This document shows positions 25,692 to 36,002 of a stretch of DNA of 64,000 bases, in pieces (within the stretch, counting starts at the first letter, position 1; the number at the start of each line of letters is the position of its first letter). The DNA is from Bispira polyomma (taxonomy: Eukaryota): assembly GCA_965649765.1 (NCBI GenBank), contig OZ287758.1:20956001-21020000 (forward strand), in the 5' to 3' direction. A program made the translations under genes and the position numbers. The notes beneath the pieces are model-generated. The model ran no database searches. It was not told the DNA's origin and was given only the letters and a program-made list of their open reading frames with translations.

Positions 25692-26137
25692 AGTTGGATG
25701 CCTGCCTAACAGGCATGGGAGGAGTGTATGGCAAACAAGTATATTACCTTCCCATTCCTGCTGCTATGCACAAACATAATATTGCTTCATTGGAGATGCT
25801 GAACATTCATGTGGCTTTGAGATTGTGGGGCAAATACTGGCAAGGACGTAGACTGTTAATTAAATGTGATAACCAGGCTGTTGTAAGTGTCCTTACTCAT
25901 GGTAGAACTAGAGATAGCGAATTAGCCCTGTACTCGCGAAACATATTCATGCTGACTAGCCAGCTCGATGTAGACATACAGGTGGTTCATATTCTAGGAA
26001 ATGACAATACCACTGCTGACCTCTTGTCTCGTTGGACAAATTCAACCAAGGATAATGTTCTCTTACAGGAGCTGGTGGGCAATGCCCAATGGTGTGCCGT
26101 GACAAAGGAGCACTTACTGCTTAATCACCACATTTAG
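25661..26137 (+). CDS. RNase H domain of pol, out of frame with RT by one missing base
   Basis: DACLTGMGG, NIASLEMLN, CDNQAV and NTTADLLSR give the D-E-D-D RNase H catalytic set. Adding one T to the run at 25659-25663 restores ...NGVIFFHHAPITDIVELDACLTG. Confidence 0.88.
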   Translation, partial: FHHAPITDIVELDACLTGMGGVYGKQVYYLPIPAAMHKHNIASLEMLNIHVALRLWGKYWQGRRLLIKCDNQAVVSVLTHGRTRDSELALYSRNIFMLTSQLDVDIQVVHILGNDNTTADLLSRWTNSTKDNVLLQELVGNAQWCAVTKEHLLLNHHI

Positions 26138-26192
26138 ATATCCCTTGTCTGGTTGCATGCTATTATGTTGATCAGCCTTTACAAATGTTACT

Positions 26193-27206
26193 TTGTCTGC
26201 TTTGTCTTGTGTTATAGCTAGAACTCCCCTGCAGCAGTTGTTATATCAAAATGCAACGAAGAAGCTTCACCTGGCCTTCTGCAGGTCTACAGACAGATCT
26301 TATACTGCGATGTATAGGGTGTACCAAGCTTATGCTTCCTTCTTGGATCTGCCTTGTGACCAGGTGACAGCTATTGATCTTCTTGCTTTCTTAGAATTCT
26401 TACACTTTAACTCTGTAAAACCTGCCCATATGGCTAATTATTTATCTGCTATTAAAGCTAAGAGTATCGTATACAATGTGCCCATTCATGCCTTCAGTGA
26501 CCATCGCTTGGCTTACTATCAAAAGTCTGTCCAATTGGCTGCCCCCTTAAATGTTCAGCTCAAAAAGATTATAGACATACCTCTTCTGACGAGTATTGTC
26601 AATGTCTCCAACACCACTTACATGGGTCCTATCTTTACAGCTGTGTATTTGGTCAGCTACTTTTCCTTCCTTAGGTTATCCAACTTAGTACCCCATTCCT
26701 GTCTTCAGTTTTCTGCTTTGAGACATCTATCAAGGGCTGATGTTATGTTTCACAGGGACAAAGCTGTCCTTTTGGTAAAATGGTCCAAAACAATGCAGAG
26801 TAATAATCAGATTAGGCTCATTACTATCCCACGTTTGGTGGGTTCCCCTCTTTGCCCTGTGGGGTCACTGCAGGCAATTATGGCTCTTACTCCGTCTGAA
26901 CCTAATTCACCCTTATTTCAATTGAAAGACAAATCTCACTGGGTTCCGCTTACTGACACCTGTGTCCGCAGGCATTTCAAAACGATACTTGCCAGGCTCC
27001 AGTTGCAGGATTCTGGCCTCACACTGCACGCGTTCCGACGTTCGGGTGCCACTTTTGCCTTTAATCATAACGTCAGCATTCAGAACATCCAAAAACATGG
27101 CACTTGGACGTCGGATTGCGTGTGGAGGTATGTTACCGACTCAGTGGATGCGGGACAGCAGGTTTCGGACACATTTCGTCTTCATCTTGCTACGTGTTCT
27201 TCCTAG
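26193..27206 (+). CDS. Tyrosine recombinase (phage-integrase family) of the retrotransposon
   Basis: Catalytic set intact: R (FLRLSN), K (WSKT), HxxR (HAFRR), W (HGTW), Y (VWRY). N-terminal helical core-binding region (STDRSY...FLEFL...NYLSAI). The annotated start is TTG; the first ATG is at 26310. Confidence 0.93.
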   Translation: MSALSCVIARTPLQQLLYQNATKKLHLAFCRSTDRSYTAMYRVYQAYASFLDLPCDQVTAIDLLAFLEFLHFNSVKPAHMANYLSAIKAKSIVYNVPIHAFSDHRLAYYQKSVQLAAPLNVQLKKIIDIPLLTSIVNVSNTTYMGPIFTAVYLVSYFSFLRLSNLVPHSCLQFSALRHLSRADVMFHRDKAVLLVKWSKTMQSNNQIRLITIPRLVGSPLCPVGSLQAIMALTPSEPNSPLFQLKDKSHWVPLTDTCVRRHFKTILARLQLQDSGLTLHAFRRSGATFAFNHNVSIQNIQKHGTWTSDCVWRYVTDSVDAGQQVSDTFRLHLATCSS

Positions 27207-27816
27207 CTTCCTACGTGCTGGGTTGGGTGTTTCTACTCAAAATTTTGTCTATATTTTCATATTCTAGATAATTATGTAATTTTTGCTTTACATGTAGTCA
27301 CATGCTAGTCATGTATAGTGTCATATAGAATTTAAATTACTATTTCACTTGCTAGTCATTTCATGTTACAACTATAAAGTTAACTTCACAGAGTAGTATT
27401 TTATTTCCTAGTAATTGTATGCTACAACTATTAATTCAACTTCATGAATTAACTGTTTCATTAAAAGGTAATACAATCTGTAATTAACTGCAAAATTACA
27501 ACTTAACTATTCTTCTATACATTTTAGGGTCACCTCATTTTTAATTCCCCTATGGGTTAAAATTTTAGTATACTAACCTGTATTTAAGGTGATCTTTAGC
27601 CCCCTTTTGTAGTCTAAATTATAAGATCATCTCCATTTATAAGTACCCTACGGGCTTTGTCATTTCACTTATTTAAACTGTCTTGGGGTGACCTTATCTT
27701 GTTCTTGGAAGTTATGTAAAATATTTTATTACTTTCACTCAATTTAGTATGACTTAAAGTTACAAATTATCATGACCTTAAGTCACGTTGTATATAGAAG
27801 TTTAACATAGACTAAC

Positions 27817-27822
27817 AATAAA
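27817..27822 (+). terminator. Candidate polyadenylation signal of the retrotransposon
   Basis: AATAAA ~80 nt before the inferred 3' end, followed by pyrimidine-rich sequence. Confidence 0.45.
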
Positions 27823-28284
27823 ATATTTTACCGCATTCTGCTTACTTACTATCTTGCCTTCTTGACCTCTGACCCTTTGGCCTGTCACGCGGGAAATGGG
27901 CTTATAAGTTTACAAGTGAGATACTAATTCAATGTATGTATAAAGATAAAACTATACAAACATGTCACTGTACACTGACTATCATATTTATTCTTGACAT
28001 TTTATTTCCTTTCTTATTTTATAATTTAAAAGCATTGATATCGAGTCAAATTGTTATTTCATCCTTTAAGGTGCTTGTTCTCTTAGGGATACTCTTATAG
28101 CATAGGACTGATCGTCATCAGTAGGCAATGACATGTCCATCTCTTTCCCAATATTGGTATCCCCCAGTAACCATTATGTCACTACTAGAAGTCACCCAAG
28201 AGACCTTCTGATCACAAGACAAACATCTCAACCTGCTAAACCACGGGGAACCTTGAAACTACATACATTGACTAAACATACAGG

Positions 28285-28560
28285 TATCTTGATGTCAACT
28301 TAGTATGGAAGTTACCAAAACTACGAAGAAGTGTGAGTAATTCTTTTTTTCAAAGTGCCACATAGAGAGAAGTTTTAGTCTGGCTGACACAATACACCGC
28401 CAGATACCCTACACCTGATGTTAAACACAGTCAGCCACTTGATCACAATAGAAAGCCATTGATTGATGTGGGACCCAAAATATGGACACCCAGGGCAGGG
28501 ATCTATAAGAACTCTAGGCCAATATTGACCTAGATATGGACACAGAAATTGGGTATACCC
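28285..28560 (+). mobile_element. Possible very old RTE-like LINE C-terminal remnant
   Basis: Interrupted peptide remnants YG.LPK and LMWDPKYGH resemble RTE-group ORF ends. Confidence 0.3.
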
Positions 28561-30740
28561 TTCTTTAATAAAATTAGGCACACCACTGAAAACCATGTAT
28601 TCAAAGCCTTTATTGGTATTTGGAACTATAACTAGAGATGAATAAAGCTATATGGCATTCAGAAAAGCACAATTATTGTGACCAATGGAGGTAGATGAAT
28701 ACCACTAAAATCAGCTTAAAAGTTTAACATTTTATGCAATATACTATCATGTTCAAATGTAATATATTAACAATAAAACTTTAGTGTACCAGCCAGTAAA
28801 TAACCAAACGGTAACTAGAACCACTTATTGATGTCTAACTTATACCATTTGCATTCTTAAGTTTTATTGCATTTCCTGAAACTTGATAATTTTGTCAAGT
28901 TTAAAGCTTAATAGGCCTTTTCATGTCAGTATAAGTGTATACATTACATTGAGGCAAATACTATTAATAATTGCTATCTTTCCCTTAACACTTCAGCTGG
29001 CAGGGAGGAAAATACAAAAGACAACCACAGGCACAGTAGCAAATAGACAATAAGAGCCCACCCAACGCCAGCCAGCCAGCCCCGATGTAGGGGTTCATTT
29101 GGTGATGTAGAAGTTGGAAATCAGACAGCACTTAAGCTATCAGTAGTCCATTTCTGGGAAAATCTCTTGTGTATAAAACACAGGATGATACCCCTCCATT
29201 CTCTCTTTCTGAATATACAGTGAGTTTGGCGCAGTAATGAAATAAAACACCTTACAGGAAGTCATAACAAAAGTTCTGTGTTTTTGTGTGTAGTCTATAA
29301 TAGCTTATTTTATTACAGTGGTTGATGAGGGAAAATGGACAAAAAAGAACCCAGTTAGATGACACCGTGACGCAGTATCATGAAACACGATCACCCGGTA
29401 ATCACGGGTGATAGGGAAACAATTAGTCAAGTAAAAGAGACTGATTTGAAATAGTAGGAAAAAGATTATATTTTGGTAAAAAGGCAGTGACAAAGTAATT
29501 TTTTAGCTTCGTAAAATAGTATCAATTTCATCAGGAACTTTCACTAATTGGCCTACACTATAAATACAATTTTATTTCTCAAACGATACAATTCTTAAAT
29601 ATTTGTTTGTAGACAAACCATTAAAATATACTATATGTGTTTATGCATTGATGATTTTAATATGTTTGGATCAACAGGATTATTACAATTGGAAACTGTG
29701 GTTGATAAAAAATTCATCCCCCAGAACTTCACATTGCTATTTTATCTAACAGGCACATACACACATATGGACTCTGGCCTTTTTTTTCCTATGACGTCAC
29801 ACAACGAGACTCCAGATGATCTGTTTGGAGATTGGTGGTATTTGCAACCTAAATACTTGATCTTGTTATTGACAAATTTCCTTTGTTACTTATCGACTGC
29901 ACCTGTGTGAAACTCTCCACCAAATCACAAATCACGTTTTAGATAAGTATTCCTTAGTTTAAACAGTGTTCTTTTGGGTTGAGGTTAGGACTAAAATAGC
30001 CAAATCAAATCGGTTACTGGACAGCATGGTTCTTTGGGTCATCAGCTGCAAGGGGTGATAGTCGAGGGTTTAACTGAAATGCTGTAACAATAAACTAAAT
30101 TACAGCATACTAAGCTGCTACATAAACAACTTACATCCCTTTCTATTCAGAGATTGACTTGATTGTGTAAGGGGCAGGTAAATTATAAGTAGTATCATTG
30201 AGCATTTCTATAACACCCTATGGGTCGAAACGGGACTTTCTGATCACTGGGCCAACTACAGAAGGTGACATAGATTTCTTATTACCCAATCTGCTAGTGG
30301 GATAAATAGGAAGAACTGATAGCAAATAACAGAGTATTTCACATCCATCAAATTCAATTAATCTGTCATTAATTGGCATTCCTGTGTGTACTTAAACCAA
30401 TTAAAGTACCCAATTCTACTCCAACTGGTTACTGCAAAAGAATGTATCCACGAATTGGGCAATAACAAAAAAGGTTCGAAAACACACTGCGAATCTAGTT
30501 TACTTTGGCATTTTAATTATATCTAAAGCGATTTATTCTAGTTGTTGTTAGTTTGCAGAGACTCTTACAATTTGACTACAAATTGGTGTGTTGTCCTCTC
30601 TGTTATTTTCTACGGGTACATCCTCGAACTGTTGTGCTGAAAATTTAACCTAATGTCTTGGTATTTCAGTAACATCCTCAATTATCGCACATCAGAGATG
30701 ATAGTCATGGCACAATGTCTTTGTGGTATTGTTTCAGTAG

Positions 30741-31809
30741 CAGGCATAGGGTATTCGTATTCTACATTCGTATTCGAATGCATTCGAATACATTTTTTAA
30801 AGCATTCGTATTTGAATACATTGCAAATGTATTCGTATTCATGAATACTTTCATGAATACATTTTCAATTATTCAAATAAATAAAATAAAACCAGCAAGA
30901 TGTAATCTGGTAAATAATTTAGTAAATATCACATAAACCAGTTAAAATTTCATATTAAAAATATTAAAAACCTAACAAGTGGAGTGTGTAGACATATATA
31001 ACTGAGAGACTCAATATAATAAAAAAAATATGCTATTTTTTGGTTAAAATCAAATCATCACAATCATTATGAAACCCAAAGCATTTTAAAATTTGTCCAG
31101 TAATAAAAGGATTAACCGGTGTGCTTAATAAAATAGTATAATGGTTACATAAACAATAGGTGGCAGACCATTAAATAGAAGAGCCCCTAATTAAACATTT
31201 GTGTGGCTGTTTATGAATGCAGTTAACAGCAATATTTACTATATTTAGAGAAAAACATTGAATGATAGACCTGTGTTAAAATTTGGTATTTGCTTTACCT
31301 TTTATAAAGGAAAAACTTTGTGTATTTAAACAATACACCAAATAATACATAACTATTGAATACAAGTGTATGAAGCTATTATTTATTATCAGGATCATGC
31401 AAACTTTTTTATCGTTTTGTTTCATTTTTCGGTGCAGTTCAAAGTTCAAAGTTTCAACTTTTTGCAAATCAGAAACGTAAGGCTTTTTGTCCTAGCTTCA
31501 TACACACACAGTGAAATGTTGTTCTTAGCATTAGAAGTAAATTAATGTCAAAGGTTATTTTGAGTAAATGTTTTGAAGACACTAAATTTTACTTTAATAA
31601 TACTATAATTATAAATTAAAAAAATCGTAAATTAAACCTTCTTTGAAGTTAAAGTATTCAGGAATGCATTCATGAATACATTGCAAAAGTATTCGCAATT
31701 GTATTCGAATAATTTTAAAATCAGTGTATTCGTATTCGCATTTGTATTCGTAAAATTAGTCTTCGTATTCGTATTCAAATACATTTCACATTTATTCACC
31801 CCATGCCTG
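30741..31809. mobile_element. Non-autonomous hAT-like DNA transposon (MITE)
   Basis: TIR CAGGCATAGGGT / ACCCCATGCCTG. Perfect 8 bp TSD TTCAGTAG (30733-30740, 31810-31817). Arrays of GTATTC(G)/GAATAC subterminal repeats at both ends. Confidence 0.9.
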
Positions 31810-32779
31810 TTCAGTAGTAAGTACTACCAAAAGAAAACTGATATTTTTATTTTCATATATTTTATCATTAACATTGTGTACATGTGTAACTTCTAGGAGG
31901 CTTCAAACATCTCAGATGGTTCCACAACGGTCTGTGACATACAAATCTGATCTGACTCTTCGACGCCTGCAGATAGTTGTGCAGCTATCGATCTCATTTT
32001 AAAATATATTGTAGCTTTTGTCAAAAGAAAATGCATTAAAGACAGAAACACTAACTTGCATTCTATATTATTCTTAGCATGGGGATTGTGGCGTGTAAAT
32101 CTTTTACCAAGAATTTCTATATTAAAACCTTGACATCTGATAAAAAATTATGACAAGATTGATTTAAAGACCTTTCTTGCTAGCCAAATCTAAAATGCCC
32201 ATCTAAATTCCAACACTCACATTACAGCAGTCTGATGTTTTGTAATAAGATAAATAGACTCAAATAAAATTCCTGAAAGCCCTACAAATTTGGTTCTTGT
32301 GTATGAAACAGACATGGACATTAGATTGCAATGGATGTCTTTTAGTGAAAAAATAGAATACAAAAGTAAATGTTACAAAGGCTGAGCTTCATCAATTTCA
32401 ATACATGTGCTTTTTCTAGTTTAAGATTAATTGTAGGATTCCATTGACTTATATTGTATGGTAAATAGATACAGTCATTTTGTTTATATTACATCAATTA
32501 GTGCAGCCTATCAATCTTACTTTTATGAAATAAAACGAAACTTTATTGTACAGACAAAAATAACCAATGACAAATTGTACATCATTTGCATGGAGAAGAC
32601 CTGGATGTTTTAAAAGCATGACAGTTTATTCTGAAAAGAAAACAGTGAAGAATGTGTACTTTAAAGTGACAGGACTTAGGTTTAATACAGCCATTTTTAT
32701 TTAAACCTATAATTTCAAAAATTATACGATTCCTCCATACTGGATAACTGTAAATCATGCAAATTGTAAGACATTAATT

Positions 32780-33190
32780 GCACACAGAAAGGACATACAG
32801 GGAAAGGAACAGGTAACTGTCAGATAGACCAAATATAATGGACCTGAGCAACAGACTAAAGAGAAGCAGGTGACGGTCTGCATAAAGAGATAGACCATAC
32901 AGATAGGTCATACAAATAGGTTAGATAGACAGGCCAAATAGACCCAATATATAGGCCTGACCAACAGGTTAAACAGAGGGAAACAGCTGATAGACTGGAT
33001 ACAGAGATAGACCATACAGGTATGACAGAGAGAGGGAGAGGCCAGACAAAAACAGACAGACTGAAAGAATAAATAGACCATACCGGTCAAACAGTCTTTT
33101 ATTGTTCACAGGTTTGGCAGCTTTGCACAGGTTTGATAGAACTAAATACCGGACAGATCAAATATGCAATTCATATAGACAGATCTGGTA
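32780..33190. repeat. Degenerate ACAG/ATAG low-complexity tract (similar tract at ~14825-15050)
   Basis: Repeated ACAGA, ATAGAC and ACAGG words with strong strand skew. Confidence 0.6.
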
Positions 33191-33194
33191 TTAA

Positions 33195-34290
33195 TTATTA
33201 TTCTTATTATGAATTTTTAACGCGCTTTATTGATGCTAGACATCGTGTAAAGCGCAACAGCAAACTCATTGATCCAATCATTAAGTCCATGCACATAGCA
33301 AAGTTGTAAGGAAGGAAGTGGGAGCATGCATGAGGTAAGTTAAGGTGGGTAGGCAAGGTTAAAAAGATAGCTTTTAAGCTTTTTTCTATAACTGATAAGT
33401 GTGTTAACTGATCTGAGGTCGACTAAGAGACTGTTCAATGACAATGGAGCTGCAGTGGAGAAAGCTTTAGACCCCGTCTTCCTGATGGGTCTGACCGAAG
33501 AGACAGAAAGTCTGTTGCCTCTCTTGTAGTTACTGAAGGCGAGAAGGGAAGCAAGGCAGGGGGGCTATTGAATGACTACAGACTTAAAAGTGGTAACCTG
33601 AATCTTCAACACAATACGAGAATGAATGGGCAGCCAGTGTAATATTTTAAGGTAAGGATGGACATCTGTGCGACAACCCAGGTGAAAAATAATCGTGCAT
33701 AGGTAGTTTTGGATGGACTCGAGCTTTTTAATATGTGACTTATTTGCTCCGTACAGAAGAGAGTTGCAGTTGTCGAGGCGGCTACTCACAAAGGCATTAG
33801 CCACAGTTATCGCTGCGACCATGGACAGGTGGTTTCGGATTCTTTTGATGTCACCTATATGGTAATAGCAGGAGCGACAGATGTTGGCAATATGAGTGTT
33901 GAACGAAAAAGCTGAATCAAAAGTGACGCCCAGGTTTTTGGCATTTTCGGAAGGTAGTATGTCTTTTCCCAGCAGAGAGATGGGAAACAAAGATTTTAAG
34001 AGTTCACTGTTTTTCTTGTTTCCTACGAGAATAAATTATATTTTGTCTGGGTTGAGTTTTAGTTTGGAGTTGTTCATCCATACCTGGGCAGCGGACAAAG
34101 AGTCTGCAAGTAGTTCGATATTTGTATTTGCTTTTTGTTGGTTGAGAGAGAGATAGACTTGAGTGTCGTCTGCATACATATGGTGTTTTATATTATGATT
34201 ATTATGATAGTTCTGAGAGGATGGGTATAAAGAGTGAAAAGTAGAGGTATCCCTGGGGTCTCCGTATGGTAGCTCTATGGAAGATGATAT
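33195..34290 (-). pseudogene. 5'-truncated, degenerate L2/CR1-group LINE (RT C-terminal half and 3' UTR)
   Basis: Minus strand: PQG...PLLFTL, HMYADDTQVY, LNPDK, KNLGVTFDS, SSRLDNCNSLL, LHWLPI, RAFS-like region and a (TAA)-rich tail near 33195. Frameshifted. Confidence 0.9.
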
Positions 34291-34984
34291 TAAGGTAAAT
34301 TAAACTTAGTAATTAACATGTCCCACCAGTTCAGCACATACTCGTTGGTTAAGGAACTTCAACTTGACCTTTTAGGTCAAATAGTCATATCCTAACTTGG
34401 GTCATAATTTGGTACATTTTACTTCAAGACTCTGGTATCCGACCAAAAACTTCAAACCTTTAGGTCAAATTCATATTTTACGTGACTATTTTTTATTGTA
34501 AACTGCATAAATTCTGATGCTTAAATGAATGTTTAAGGGTCCAGGCAGTTTCTCATTAAATCTTAAGATAAGTGAGTTTTTTCATAATAACCATCTTATG
34601 AATTCATTTTCTGAAGATAACTCTAAGGGTGTTCATTAAAATATCCCATTACCATAGAAAAATCCTGTCCTCGGGTTGATTTTCCTTGCGGCCTTACTGA
34701 GAGTGTGAGTTACTAGCGAGACATACCAGGAAGTGGCTGAGATGTCTAGACCTGAGCTTGTTGTTGTCACTCCTTGTTAGAACGGAAACTCTCTCACAAC
34801 TACATGGCAGATGGTAAATGTCGTCTGCCTAAGACGATTTTCCCACCCAGTTTTTAATAGACTCCTCGAGAAGACATATTGAATTGCCAGTCAGCTAGTT
34901 CTAGTGTTAGATCTGGGAAATACAGTGGGGTTTTATAGTCCAACTTATTTTCGTGTCAAATCTGTTTTAGTATATCACATATTT

Positions 34985-35370
34985 GCAGAGATTTGTCATG
35001 ACTTTCAAAGCTTTTGTCTCACAACAGCCCTCCTACCTTTCTACTCATCTTTCCTTCGGTAAGAGAGGAAAGAAACTCCGGAAAACCCACCAAGAGGGTT
35101 AAATCTAGAGCTTTCTGAATCGCTGCCCCCCATGTTTTGGAATAGTCTCCCAGTTGAACGTAGAGCTGAAACACTTTCCAGGTGTTGTGAGAAAACTTAA
35201 AAGCTATCTCTTCAAACTCGCATATCCCTTAACTCATTCCCTGCATACACCACATCCTTCCTTAAGATCTGGCTATGATTTTTATTACTTCTGGATTGGT
35301 TTATTTATTTTGTTGATGAGCTTTTGGAGCTAACTGGAACCAATAATGCGTGTTAAAAATCCAAATAATA
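34985..35370 (+). mobile_element. L2-like LINE 3' end fragment
   Basis: RAF..AAP..WNSLP...LK.YLF.LAYP remnants. Clearly homologous to 15120-15470. Confidence 0.65.
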
Positions 35371-35962
35371 CAAGGTAGTCTCCTCTTGTATTCAACTGAT
35401 GTTTGTTGATTCTGCTGCCTGGTCCTCTATTGTTGTAAGTAAGTTAGACCCACTAGACCACAGTGGTATATGTGTCACCATGGGCTTTGTCAAATCTAGT
35501 GAAAAGTGCCTTCTGTATGTATCTTAATATTACTAGTGTGTTTTCAAATGCAGATTTCACACCGTGCTTAATCATCATGTATAAATATATAAAGCAAATA
35601 AAACATTACCATCAACAATACCTGATAATTACTGGTATTAAATCAGGCATGTTTTACGCCCACGACAGAGTTAATAAGAAGACGTCATTGCTCATTACCT
35701 ACTGCTTCATTCATATTCTCATAAATTTGATTCCTCATGTCCCTATTATTTGAAGGAGATTTCTTATATAATTACACTTCTGTACAAAGCGTGTTTTATA
35801 GCCATGGCTTTAGGTTGTCACCATAAAGAATACTTATCAGTTATATTTGCAAGTTCATTTTGTGAAGTCATTTTCTGAAGGGACTTCGTCTGTCCTTTTT
35901 TTAGTGAAGCTCATACTGCTAATTCAATTGAGCACACATAATGTTAAGCTATATTTTAAATT

Positions 35963-35966
<4 letters not shown>

Positions 35967-36001
<35 letters not shown>
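35967..36001. repeat. (AT)n microsatellite
   Basis: Uninterrupted AT run. Confidence 0.95.

Positions 36002-36002
<1 letters not shown>

Larger units (their letters stand above)
22213..27911 (+). mobile_element. Tyrosine-recombinase retrotransposon, Ngaro-like (DIRS order), near full length, with two apparent reading-frame lesions
   Basis: Order gag - RT/RNase H - YR on one strand; visibly more GC-rich than the flanks. No DDE integrase or protease. No methyltransferase after RNase H, and YR does not overlap pol, which favours Ngaro over DIRS1/PAT. Ends are approximate: TTATAA at 22213-22218 and 27902-27907; the 5' end could lie as far in as ~22320. Confidence 0.9.
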
